From Terriglobia bacterium (GTDB taxonomy: Bacteria > Acidobacteriota > Terriglobia > 20CM-2-55-15): DNA of 64,000 nt. The first letter of the stretch is position 1. The number at the start of each line of letters is the position of its first letter. The notes beneath the pieces were generated by a model that was not told the origin of the DNA, did no database searches, and was given only the letters and a program-made list of their open reading frames with translations. The translations under genes and the position numbers were made by a program. The stretch lies in NCBI GenBank assembly GCA_963664115.2, contig CAXWPJ010000012.1, positions 416,001-480,000 of the forward strand, given 5' to 3'. Shown in pieces: positions 19,118 to 28,641 of this stretch.

Positions 19118-20962
19118 ATGAGCAAACCGAGCAAACCGCCCGTTAACCGCCGCAATTTTCTGAAGGGTGCTGCGGCTGGTGCAGCAGCGATCGTCGCCGA
19201 ACCCGCCCTGGCAGCGACGCCAGAAGGCGCACTTCCAGCGCCGCTGCCATCGAGTGCTGTTCAGGTGGGGGACGACGGAACGCGCTACGCGTCTGACTAC
19301 ATGGTCGATCTCTTCAAGTCTTTGGGGCTCGAGTACGTCTTAGCGATGCCGGCCGGGAACTTTGCTGGGCTCATTGAATCGGTGGCCCACTATGCGGGCA
19401 ACAGCAACCCCGAGTGGATCACCTGCATGCATGAAGAATCCTCGGTGGCCATGGCGAACGGGTACGCGAAGATTGAAGGCAAGCCCGTGCTGGTGTGCGC
19501 ACACGCAACGGTGGGGTTGCAACATGCCACGATGGGCATCTATGACGCCTGGTGCGACCGGGTGCCAATCTACATGGTGCTGGGAAATACTCAGGATGCG
19601 ACCCAGCGTGGCGGGTATGTCACCTGGGTCCACAGCGCCCAAGACCCGTGTGGCCTGGTTCGCGATATTACAAAGTGGGACGACAATCCCATCTCGACGG
19701 CACATTTTGCCGAGTCGGCTGTGCGCGCTTACAAGATAGCCACGACTCCACCGATGGGGCCGGTAGCACTCGTGCTGGACGAGCACCGCCATCTTGAGCG
19801 AGTCCCCGCGAATATGCGAATTCCCACTTTGAGCGTGCCTACGGCGCCTCAGGGTGACGCGTCAGCCGTAGCCGAGGCGGCGAGACTTCTGGTGGCGGCT
19901 CGGAATCCTGTGATCACCGTCGGCCGAACCGCACGCACGCCCGCGGGCGTGCCACTGCTGGTCGAACTGGCCGAGACCTTGCAGGCTGGAGTCGTCGATC
20001 GATGGCACCGGCGGATGAACTTCCCGTCGCGTCACCCACTCAATGGCGGCGATTTGAACGATGCCGATGTGATTCTGGCCCTGGAGGCAGGCGATATCGC
20101 CGGCATGGCTCGCCAGGCCAAACAACGTGACGCCACGGTGATCAATGTCAGCGACACTGAACTCTATCTCAAGAGCAACTACCAGGATTTCTTCGAATAC
20201 GCCGAAGTGGATCTATCCATAAGCGGAGACGCGGAGGCGACCCTGCCAACGCTGATCGAATCGGTGAAGCGCTTGATCACGCCCAATCGCCGAGTCGCCT
20301 TCGAGGCACGCGGCCGGACGGTGGCAGCGGCGAACCGGCAGGCCCTGGACAGAGAGCGCATAGCGGCCACCCACGGCTGGGACGCCAGCCCGATCAGCAC
20401 GGCGCGGCTTTCCATGGAATTATGGGAGCAGATCAAGAACGAAGACTGGTCGTATGTGTCGGGCTGGGTCACATGGCCCCTGCGGCTCTGGGATTTCGAC
20501 AAGCATTACCAATTCATCGGCCGCGCAGGCGGAGAAGGCATCGGCTACCATCTGCCGGCGACCATCGGAGCTGCTCTCGCCAACAAAAAGTATGGCCGGC
20601 TGACGGTCTCGATCAACGGCGATGGGGACTTCATGGTGGCGAACGGTGCATTGTGGACGGCCGCACATCATCAGATTCCGATCCTGATCATCATGCAGAA
20701 CAACCGTGCGTACCATCAGGACTACATGGACATGGACCGCATTGCTCATGTGCGGGACCGGGGAAGCTCCTCGACAATGGGTATCGGAACCGAAATCACA
20801 AACCCCGATATCGACTACGCCCAACTCGCGCAAAGTTTAGGCGTCGCAGCCGAAGGTCCGATTTCAGACCCCAGGGATCTGGCGGCGGCCATTCGGCGTG
20901 GCATTGAGGTCGTCAAGGGGGGGCAGCCCTATCTCATTGATGCCATCACACAACCGCGGTAA
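19118..20962 (+). CDS. Tat-exported thiamine-diphosphate enzyme (acetolactate synthase/benzoylformate decarboxylase superfamily)
   Basis: NRRNFLK Tat motif; MHEE catalytic Glu; GDGD...NN ThDP-binding motif. Confidence 0.9.
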   Translation: MSKPSKPPVNRRNFLKGAAAGAAAIVAEPALAATPEGALPAPLPSSAVQVGDDGTRYASDYMVDLFKSLGLEYVLAMPAGNFAGLIESVAHYAGNSNPEWITCMHEESSVAMANGYAKIEGKPVLVCAHATVGLQHATMGIYDAWCDRVPIYMVLGNTQDATQRGGYVTWVHSAQDPCGLVRDITKWDDNPISTAHFAESAVRAYKIATTPPMGPVALVLDEHRHLERVPANMRIPTLSVPTAPQGDASAVAEAARLLVAARNPVITVGRTARTPAGVPLLVELAETLQAGVVDRWHRRMNFPSRHPLNGGDLNDADVILALEAGDIAGMARQAKQRDATVINVSDTELYLKSNYQDFFEYAEVDLSISGDAEATLPTLIESVKRLITPNRRVAFEARGRTVAAANRQALDRERIAATHGWDASPISTARLSMELWEQIKNEDWSYVSGWVTWPLRLWDFDKHYQFIGRAGGEGIGYHLPATIGAALANKKYGRLTVSINGDGDFMVANGALWTAAHHQIPILIIMQNNRAYHQDYMDMDRIAHVRDRGSSSTMGIGTEITNPDIDYAQLAQSLGVAAEGPISDPRDLAAAIRRGIEVVKGGQPYLIDAITQPR

Positions 20963-20972
20963 GGAGGCTGGA

Positions 20973-21398
20973 TTGACCAAGATATCACCAAACTCGAAGG
21001 TGCTACCCGGATGGGCGGTCTGGCTCATTTCTCTGACTGCCTTAGTGGTGCTCTTCGTGCCGGTCTCTGGCGCCGAAACTCAAGGCAATGCGCCCGCCGG
21101 AAATCCGCAAAACGGTAAGACTGTCTTCATGAACACCGGCTGCTACCGATGCCATGGAACTGTGGGGCAGGGCGGCCCGGGTGGACGGCTGGCCCCGAAC
21201 ACTATTCCGTTTGGGATCTTTGCTTCCTTTGTGCGCAACGGAAAAAGAAGCAATCCCAATGCCAACGTGAATTGGTCGGGAATGCCGCCTTATTCGGAGA
21301 AATTCATATCGAATTCCGAACTCGCAGATATTCACGCTTATCTTGCCAGTATTCCGCCATCGGCTCCGGTCGGGAGTATACCGTTGTTGAACGATTAG
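20973..21398 (+). CDS. Monoheme cytochrome c
   Basis: CYRCH and GMPPY; TTG start after an AAGGAGG that overlaps the upstream stop. Confidence 0.85.
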   Translation: MTKISPNSKVLPGWAVWLISLTALVVLFVPVSGAETQGNAPAGNPQNGKTVFMNTGCYRCHGTVGQGGPGGRLAPNTIPFGIFASFVRNGKRSNPNANVNWSGMPPYSEKFISNSELADIHAYLASIPPSAPVGSIPLLND

Positions 21399-21608
21399 AG
21401 TATGTCCCCGCGATTCGGTCCGTTGCCGGTCCAACTTCCGATCAAAAATGGCCAAACGAACGGCTCTTTCTCTATTTTTGAAATTCTCAACGTCAAGAAG
21501 ATGGCCACTTTCGACCGATCCAGGCACGGACCACAAGTCCCCCTGATATCAGTCAGACTTATATTCGCCACCCACACCCGCCCGTGCTATCTTCGTCCGC
21601 CGACACGA

Positions 21609-21637
21609 TTGACAAACACTTCTGCGAAAACTAGACT
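21609..21637 (+). promoter_or_regulatory. Sigma70-like promoter
   Basis: TTGACA-N17-TAGACT upstream of the DUF6152 operon. Confidence 0.5.
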
Positions 21638-21730
21638 TTGCTCCAAGCAAGGCGCAGCATGCCCCCGTCCTCTCACAGGTGGGGCTATCTTATAAAATCT
21701 CTGTTCCGCTGTTGCTCAGGAGGATTTCAC

Positions 21731-22108
21731 ATGTTCCGGACTCTACAAATTGTTTTATTTTGCTTCTGTTTCGCGGCCGTGGCCGTGGCGCACCACTCCA
21801 CGACTGCCGTATACGACGCGGACGAGCCGGCCATAATGCTGGAGGGAACCGTGACGCAGGTGGAATGGCGGAACCCGCACATATGGTTCTACATCGATGT
21901 CGTTGGTGACGAGGGTAACGTCACGAACTGGGGCGTGGAATTCCAGACCCCTCCCGCGAGAATGTTCAGGAGAGGCTGGACGCAGGAATCGTTGCAGGTT
22001 GGCGACGTGGTCAAGGTGGAAGGTTCTCCCCCGAGAAACCGCGAGCTCATCCGCGTCTTGAGCCGGACGACGATCCTGCCCGACGGCAGAGAACTGGGCG
22101 GCAGATGA
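21731..22108 (+). CDS. DUF6152-family exported protein
   Basis: VA|HHSTTAVYD and WRNPH; AGGAGG RBS. Confidence 0.8.
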   Translation: MFRTLQIVLFCFCFAAVAVAHHSTTAVYDADEPAIMLEGTVTQVEWRNPHIWFYIDVVGDEGNVTNWGVEFQTPPARMFRRGWTQESLQVGDVVKVEGSPPRNRELIRVLSRTTILPDGRELGGR

Positions 22109-22206
22109 AGAACGAATCCAGCGCGATAGTCCCGGTCAAGCCGGGAGAACGTTAAAGAAGTTTGATGGGGTCACTGCACCCGCACGATTCCACAAGAGGT
22201 ATTGAC

Positions 22207-22971
22207 ATGAGGAGTGGCATTCAGTTTTCATTTTGTTTCGTGATTCTAGTCAGCGCCGTCATGCTTTCCCCCGTCCCCACCGCCGCCCAATCGGATTGGG
22301 ATCCGCGGGATTTCGGGGGCATTTGGCGCGCCGGCACAAGAGACATCACGGTGGCGTTGCAGCCCGGCGAGGAGATCGCATTCACACGCTATGGCGCCGA
22401 GCAGCACCGGGCCTTCGATCTCAAGGACTATTCCACCAAGGGATGCCTGCACAAGGGGCTCACCCGGCAGTTGCTCTCGAACGCTCTTTCGATGTTCGCT
22501 TACGATGACGATCTCGAAATTATGATGTTCCTGCACGAGGACCACTACCGCTGGCGGGCAATCTACATGGACGGCCGGGAGCATCCGCGGGAGGCGCCCG
22601 ATTTTCCGGAGCCGGCCGGACATTCGATCGGCCACTGGGAGGGCGACACCCTGGTTGTGGACTCGGTCGGTTTCCGCGACAGCACCTATCTGGACACCGA
22701 CGGGCTGGGGCACAGCACCGAGCTGCATCTCATCGAAAGGTACACCCGGACGGGACCGGACACGATCGATTGGGTGGTGAGGGTCGAGGATCCGACGTTT
22801 TTCCTCCATCCGTTTACCTTTCAAACGGAGTTCACCCGGCAGCCTCCCAATATCCGGCTGATGTATTATGATTGCGACTACGAACAGGACATCGAACATT
22901 TGGAGTCGTGGATCCGAGGCGAGGAAGGTGAAATTCACACCAATCCTGATGTTTTCGTGTTCCCTGAGTGA
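22207..22971 (+). CDS. Exported 'WEGDTLVVD'-family hypothetical protein
   Basis: DFGGIW, IYMDGREHP and GHWEGDTLVVDS motifs; C-terminal YYDC. Confidence 0.8.
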   Translation: MRSGIQFSFCFVILVSAVMLSPVPTAAQSDWDPRDFGGIWRAGTRDITVALQPGEEIAFTRYGAEQHRAFDLKDYSTKGCLHKGLTRQLLSNALSMFAYDDDLEIMMFLHEDHYRWRAIYMDGREHPREAPDFPEPAGHSIGHWEGDTLVVDSVGFRDSTYLDTDGLGHSTELHLIERYTRTGPDTIDWVVRVEDPTFFLHPFTFQTEFTRQPPNIRLMYYDCDYEQDIEHLESWIRGEEGEIHTNPDVFVFPE

Positions 22972-23110
22972 GGTGAGACAGAAGGAAGTTCCCAGTCGAA
23001 ACCTTGGTGTGTTTGTTGGGAGAATCCCGGTTTCGTTTCCGCGATGCCGGGATTTGATCAGCTGAGTCGGGACCGGTTTTGAGCCCGCCGAATCAGAAGA
23101 CCTCTACGCA

Positions 23111-23585
23111 GGCATTGTCGAATTAAATCCGCGGGAATCACATTGCCAGGACGCAGAAGCGCCGCCCCCCCCCCCCCCCCCCCACGTTAGGCATCGCTTT
23201 CCATCCGAGATCATCAGCCATGCAGTCTGGCTGTATTAGCGGTTCAACCTGAGCCTCAACAACGTGGAGGACATGCTCGCCGGACGTGGCGTGCGAGAGC
23301 AGGCCTCTCGACCTGTTCCATCACCAGGGCGTTGACTCCGGTCGCTGTTTTCACAGCCAAGGTCTGCTCCTGCACCCGGGGTCACTGCAATACAGAAAGG
23401 TGCCTTGGCTGGGGCTTTCTTCTGCTCAGTGCGTCGATGTAGCTTCGCCAGAGTGCCATGGCTCACGCACCACCTTCAGGGTCTTCACCGCCACCGTCGC
23501 CGCCGGGTGAGAAAAAATGATTCGAGCCCCCTCGAGTGCCGGCAATCGCTGTCGCACAAGTGTTCAAGGCAGTTTGACAGAGAGT
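23111..23585 (+). mobile_element. IS6-family remnant
   Basis: GGCATTGTCGAATTAA end at 23111. 23192-23293 reads HRFPSEIISHAVWLY*RFNLSLNNVEDMLAGRG, an IS6 transposase N-terminus with a stop. Right end uncertain. Confidence 0.65.
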
Positions 23586-23642
23586 AATGGAGTGGTATTC
23601 TTCAGACGATATTTAGATTCCCAGATGCTGGAGAGGCACAAG

Positions 23643-24077
23643 ATGCGAATCAAGCTAACGAGTCTAGTTGTTGTTGCCGGTATCCTCCTTTACGCAGTGC
23701 CTGTGTTTGCGCACCACTCCTTTGCTGCGGAATTTGACGCCGGCAAGCCCATCACCCTCAGGGGAAGCATCACCAGGCTCGAGATGCCCATCACCCTCAG
23801 GGGAAGCATCACCAGGCTCATGACAAACCCACATGGGTGGCTTTACATAAACGTCACGGAAGAGGACGGCAGTGTACAGAATTGGGCCGTCGAAACGGGT
23901 GCCCCAAGGGCTCTTATGAGAGCAGGTGGGAACCGGGAAAGCTTGGCGCCAGGAACGGAGATCATAGTCGAGGGATGGCTTGCTCGTAACGGTACGCCAA
24001 CGGTGAACGGCAGAAACATCATGTTCGCCGACGGGCGATCGATTACGACCGGCTCCTCGAATCCAGAGATCCAGTAA
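23643..24077 (+). CDS. DUF6152-family exported protein with an internal duplication
   Basis: FA|HHSFAAEFD and TNPH; PITLRGSITRL occurs twice. Confidence 0.8.
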   Translation: MRIKLTSLVVVAGILLYAVPVFAHHSFAAEFDAGKPITLRGSITRLEMPITLRGSITRLMTNPHGWLYINVTEEDGSVQNWAVETGAPRALMRAGGNRESLAPGTEIIVEGWLARNGTPTVNGRNIMFADGRSITTGSSNPEIQ

Positions 24078-24139
24078 CGGAAGGGCTGGGTCAGGCCGTC
24101 ACTCCTGGGAACTGACTCTATCGCGGCTCCTCGCGAACA

Positions 24140-25321
24140 TCAGTATTGCCTGGTGATCTTGAACGTCCCGCTCTCGTTGCCCCGGGTGTAGGTGCCGATC
24201 AACGAACGGGCAAGCCAGGTCAGATTCTCGAACTTTCCGTCCAGGACGACTCTAGCGGCTCCAGTCCCGCTTTCAATGTGGACGGTCCAGTCATCCGGGT
24301 TGAGTTCCGCCTGTGTGATGGGAACACTTTGCGGTCCCGGATTGATGGTACCCGTGATGGCCTCACCGTCCCAATCCATCACAATCATCAGGCCGCTCTG
24401 GGTGTTCTCATCTGGACCCCATTCACCGACGAAGCTCCCCTTCACCGGGTGTCCGTGACCGGAATAGGCTCCGACATTGCCGGTTCCTGTTGCTCCGTTG
24501 GTTTCCCTGACGTAGCTTTCCTGCCAGCGGTTGTTCTCCTGGCACTTATAATCCCTGATCTCGGAATCCGGACTCCAGGAAAGATCCACAGCAACGGTCC
24601 AGGGCCGCGTGTAGGCTCCGGGATCATCGATAGTGGCTTCGATGTGAAGATTGTTCAAGCTGGTACGCGTGTATCTTTCGATCAAGTGCATCTGGCCCGT
24701 ATGCGGATCGCCGGCGCGGTCAATCCACGTTCCTTCATTGAAGCCGACGGTATCCACAACCAGCGTATCGCCCTCCCAACGGCCAATCGCGTGTCCCATG
24801 AACGTCGGGAAGTTTTCAAGATCCTCTCTTGGCGGATGCGGGCGCCCATCCAGGAAAATCTCACGCGAGATGTTTCCGGGGAATTCCCGAAGTTGAATGA
24901 TGCGTTCCTGTTCGGGGAGCTGAATGAATTCGATCGGGTGCGGCCCACCTCTTGCGTACGGTAGCGGCGGCGGGATGCAGAACCCCTCAGGATCTTCTTT
25001 CCCAAATGTTATTTGATCGCGGTACTGCTGGAGGGCTCTGGCCCAGGGCTTGAAAGGAATTCCCTCGGATTGCGGCGGATCTATCAAGATATCCAAATAA
25101 TTCGGGACCGATCTGATAAGCCAAACGCCTTTTCCGGTTTCGGTTCTTCCCAGGTTCGGCCTGCCATCCGGCAGTCGGGGAACCGGCTCTCCCGGGTCAG
25201 GGCCCCCAGGGTCCGGAAGTCCGGCTGTTCCCTGCGCGGCGAGGGTGGATGCCAGCAGGCAACACGAGAGTATGAAGATTGCCGTTATCGTCACCGATCT
25301 TGTAATCCAATGATCGTTCAC
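24140..25321 (-). CDS. 'WEGDTLVVD'-family protein with an extra C-terminal domain
   Basis: PRLPDGRPNL, DPEGFCIPP, GRWEGDTLVVDT and YKCQENN, then ~110 additional aa. GTG start with AAGGAGG RBS. Confidence 0.8.
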   Translation of the reverse strand: MNDHWITRSVTITAIFILSCCLLASTLAAQGTAGLPDPGGPDPGEPVPRLPDGRPNLGRTETGKGVWLIRSVPNYLDILIDPPQSEGIPFKPWARALQQYRDQITFGKEDPEGFCIPPPLPYARGGPHPIEFIQLPEQERIIQLREFPGNISREIFLDGRPHPPREDLENFPTFMGHAIGRWEGDTLVVDTVGFNEGTWIDRAGDPHTGQMHLIERYTRTSLNNLHIEATIDDPGAYTRPWTVAVDLSWSPDSEIRDYKCQENNRWQESYVRETNGATGTGNVGAYSGHGHPVKGSFVGEWGPDENTQSGLMIVMDWDGEAITGTINPGPQSVPITQAELNPDDWTVHIESGTGAARVVLDGKFENLTWLARSLIGTYTRGNESGTFKITRQY

Positions 25322-25440
25322 GCTGCCCTCCTTCATCCAACCGTGTCAATGTATTCGAATATCGGTGTTGAGGGGCGCGTGATGCGCCCCTCAAAAGTTG
25401 CCTGATTTGCGATTGTCTCGTCGTCCAGGGCCGCTCAGAT

Positions 25441-26592
25441 CTAGTCGACAGGCTCCAACCGGACGACAGACGTCGGTGCACCGTCGCGATCTTCGATGGC
25501 CACGTAGATGTATCCGTCAGGTCCCTGACGGAGGTCCCGGACACGGCCGATTCCGTGCAAGAGCGTCTCCTCATGCACGATGCCTGTGGCATCGGTGACG
25601 AGCCGCGCGACCTGTTCGCCGGCCAAGCCACCGGCCAACAAGTTCCCTTTCCATTCGGGAAAGCGGTCGCCCGTATACACCATCAGGCCTGAAGCGGCGA
25701 TTGACGGCACCCAGAAATGTACGGGTGACTCCATGCCGTCGCGCAGCGTGCCTTCGTGGATCGCCAAGCCGCTTCGATAGTTCACACCGTAACCGATCAC
25801 CGGCCAACCGTAGTTCGAACCCCCGCTCAGGAGATTGAGCTCGTCGCCCCCCTGCGGTCCGTGTTCGGTGACCCATACATCACCCGTGTCGGGATGCACA
25901 ACCAGTCCTTGCGGATTGCGGTGCCCGTAGGTCCAGATCTCGGGTCGCGCGCCTTCGGTATCGACGAAGGGATTGTCCGACGGCACACGCCCATCATCAT
26001 GCAAGCGGACGACCACGCCGTGATGGTTTGAAAGATCCTGAGCCGGGTGCGCCTCGAGATCGCCCGTTGATGGGACCTGGCGTTCACCGACCGTAATGAA
26101 AAGGTAGCCGTTACCGTCGAAAGCAAGTCGCGAGCCGTAGTGACCGCGTCCACGGGTCTCCGCCTGGAAAATCTCCCCGATACCCGTCAGGCGATCGTTC
26201 TCAAAACGACCGCGCACGACTGCCGTGGTCGATTCGCCCCCGGGCAGTGGCTTGGAGAAGCTCAGGTAGAGCATCTGGTTCGATGCGAAGTCGGGGTGCG
26301 GCACCACGTCGAGCAACCCGCCCTGTCCCTGGGCGAAGACCTCCGGTACGCCGGCCACCGGGTCGGCAAGGAGCTGTCCGTGCCGGACGATGCGCAGCCG
26401 GCCGGGACGTTCGGAGATCAGGACGTCTCCGTCGGGAAGGAAGGCGATGGACCACGGGTTCACGAGACCATCCGCCACGGTGACGACGCGAAAGTCGTGG
26501 TCGGCAGACCGCACGACCGGCGCTTGCGCAAAAGCCACTGTCACGGCGACGATCAGGGACAGCGTCGCCAGCATCCAACAAATACGAATCAT
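25441..26592 (-). CDS. PQQ-dependent sugar dehydrogenase (GSDH/YliI family)
   Basis: GQGGLLDV, HYGSRLAFD, YGHRNPQG, EHGPQGGDELN and NYGWP motifs. Confidence 0.9.
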   Translation of the reverse strand: MIRICWMLATLSLIVAVTVAFAQAPVVRSADHDFRVVTVADGLVNPWSIAFLPDGDVLISERPGRLRIVRHGQLLADPVAGVPEVFAQGQGGLLDVVPHPDFASNQMLYLSFSKPLPGGESTTAVVRGRFENDRLTGIGEIFQAETRGRGHYGSRLAFDGNGYLFITVGERQVPSTGDLEAHPAQDLSNHHGVVVRLHDDGRVPSDNPFVDTEGARPEIWTYGHRNPQGLVVHPDTGDVWVTEHGPQGGDELNLLSGGSNYGWPVIGYGVNYRSGLAIHEGTLRDGMESPVHFWVPSIAASGLMVYTGDRFPEWKGNLLAGGLAGEQVARLVTDATGIVHEETLLHGIGRVRDLRQGPDGYIYVAIEDRDGAPTSVVRLEPVD

Positions 26593-27038
26593 GAAGATCT
26601 CCTTCGGCCCGGGGGCCGTCTGAATCAGCTGGCGCAAACCCGCCTCGCCTCCCCTCACGGGAAACGCACATACTGTGGGTTGCACCAAGAGCAAGTCTCA
26701 AACAGCTTAATCGCACCACCGGTCTCTTGCAAACCGACAAACCGTGCGGTCAGCCTGCGTCCTCTCACCGAACGCTCAAGGTCTGGATAGGCTGTACTTG
26801 AGCGCTGCTGCGGCGCACCCGGGGCCCCCCATGTAAGGTTTCACCCAACACCAGAGAAGCACTTTCCGGTGCCTGTCGCGCGGCGTGGAACGGTTGTTGC
26901 GCTGAGGCCGTCCAGGCCAGACCCGGGAAAAACACAGACATTCGGATTTAGGCTTTGCGTCACACTGAATCTCCTCCGTCACTTAGACAATGAACCGATC
27001 GCGTCCAAGACACCGTTCGGCGGTTTGGAGCGACCGTG

Positions 27039-28628
27039 TCAAAGCGTCAGCAACGGCCGCAGCTCCCGCACGTCCCTCAGTTCCTCGAGCGCATTCACCT
27101 GTTCGATCACCGCTTCCGTTCTTGTGTCCCCAAGTATCGGCACCATGAGCTCACGTGCTTTCGCGGCCACGCCTTCGGTGTCGAGCGGGTTTTCTGGCGT
27201 GCCGGGCGCGTGACTCACGAACAGGCTCACCCGAGCCCCGTCGCGAGTCGTCACCTCGACGAAGCCGCTGCGCGGTGCCTCCAACACGACGAGCTCCGGA
27301 TCAGCGATCAGCTCCACACGCTGCCTGGCTTGAACGATGGCGGGCTCCGACATACGTTCGAAGGAATGGCTGTTCTCGAAGTTGATCATGCCATCGACCA
27401 GGGCCACAGCCAGGATGTGCTGGCAGTTGACGTCCGGCATCAGACGGTTGTCGACAATCCGTGCACCGTCCTCAGGCAGTCGCACGAGAATATGCTCGAC
27501 GTTGTCCACCGTCAGGCCGTACTCCTCGCGGAGCGTAAAAAAAGCCGCCAGCGGCGACTGGATGGGATAGCCCACCGGAAACGTCTTGATCGCGGTTTCC
27601 TCAACGTAGAATCGGCTGCCGAGATCCGCAACCATTTCCTCCGGTGCTGCGTCGTCCGACAAAGCATCGAGCACGTTGCGTTCGCCTTCCAGAGCATCGA
27701 GGACACCGGTGAATCCACTCTGTATCATTGTCGCTGCAGCGACACCGTTGCGTGCCCCCATTCCACTGAAGTCGAAAGCCTTTTCGATATGCTCCACATC
27801 CCGGACCCAACTCCACACACCGGAAACCTGCTGGACGGCGTAGGAGATCGCGTAACGCATTCCCGTCTCATCGAAGCGTGCGAGAGACGCAGCCCCAGCA
27901 CTGGCCCCGAATGTCGAGCTGTAACCCTCCGCACTGCGAAAATTCGCACGGACCAGGGCCGGTCTGAGCGCGACCAGGAACCGGCAACAGAGATCGTAGC
28001 CCAGAGTTATCGCTCTGAGCAGTTCCTCACCCGAACTGCCTTCGCGCTCACCCATGGCAAGCGCTGCCGGCACGACCGAACAACCGGGATGGGCTTTTGT
28101 GAAGGGGTGGAAGTCATCCGTCTCATCCGCATGGGCGGACATCGCGTTGGCAAAAGCAGCATTGACAGCCGACGTCATGATGTTTGTCGTCACGACGGAT
28201 GCTTCCGGGATGCCACCCTGCGCCCTCACGTAGTCGATTGCGACTTCCCCGGGCCTGAGGCGTGCACCCGAAACGATTGCGCCGAGCGTATCGAGAAGCC
28301 GATGTTTGGCTGCGAGCCGAACGCCGGGCCCGAGGCTCAGTTCCCTCGCTTCGACCATGTATCGCGCCAGACGGCCCGTCAGATCAGGACTTCCGGCTGT
28401 GGGGGACGTGGGTTGTGCGGGCTCAGCCGCCGGGTCTTCAGTGACTGAACAGCCCCCGACAGTGGCGGCGGCGAGAAAGCCACCTGCAGCGCCCTTGAGA
28501 ACGCGTCGCCGTGTAATGCGCCCCGGTGCGTCCCCGCCTCGGACCGGAACGTCCGTGCCCCGCAGATCATCGCTCACGTATTTCTCCTCTTTCTCCATTT
28601 TCTCCCTGGCAATGTTCTCTTCATTCAC
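27039..28628 (-). CDS. MmgE/PrpD-family protein with Tat/lipoprotein signal
   Basis: RRRVLK...VGGC; AHADETDDFH, AHPG and GTPENPL motifs. GTG start uncertain. Confidence 0.85.
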   Translation of the reverse strand: MNEENIAREKMEKEEKYVSDDLRGTDVPVRGGDAPGRITRRRVLKGAAGGFLAAATVGGCSVTEDPAAEPAQPTSPTAGSPDLTGRLARYMVEARELSLGPGVRLAAKHRLLDTLGAIVSGARLRPGEVAIDYVRAQGGIPEASVVTTNIMTSAVNAAFANAMSAHADETDDFHPFTKAHPGCSVVPAALAMGEREGSSGEELLRAITLGYDLCCRFLVALRPALVRANFRSAEGYSSTFGASAGAASLARFDETGMRYAISYAVQQVSGVWSWVRDVEHIEKAFDFSGMGARNGVAAATMIQSGFTGVLDALEGERNVLDALSDDAAPEEMVADLGSRFYVEETAIKTFPVGYPIQSPLAAFFTLREEYGLTVDNVEHILVRLPEDGARIVDNRLMPDVNCQHILAVALVDGMINFENSHSFERMSEPAIVQARQRVELIADPELVVLEAPRSGFVEVTTRDGARVSLFVSHAPGTPENPLDTEGVAAKARELMVPILGDTRTEAVIEQVNALEELRDVRELRPLLTL

Positions 28629-28641
28629 TGTCGGCCCACCC

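Noticed and set aside
540-21510. Classical integron attC array or CRISPR array
   Set aside because: No intI, no RYYYAAC/GTTRRRY cores, irregular kb-scale spacing, cargo in both orientations, and the repeats translate as kinase termini.
25368-25394. Hairpin TTGAGGGGCGC-GTGAT-GCGCCCCTCAA as terminator of the PQQ sugar dehydrogenase gene
   Set aside because: On the minus strand the U-run precedes the stem instead of following it, so it was left uncalled.
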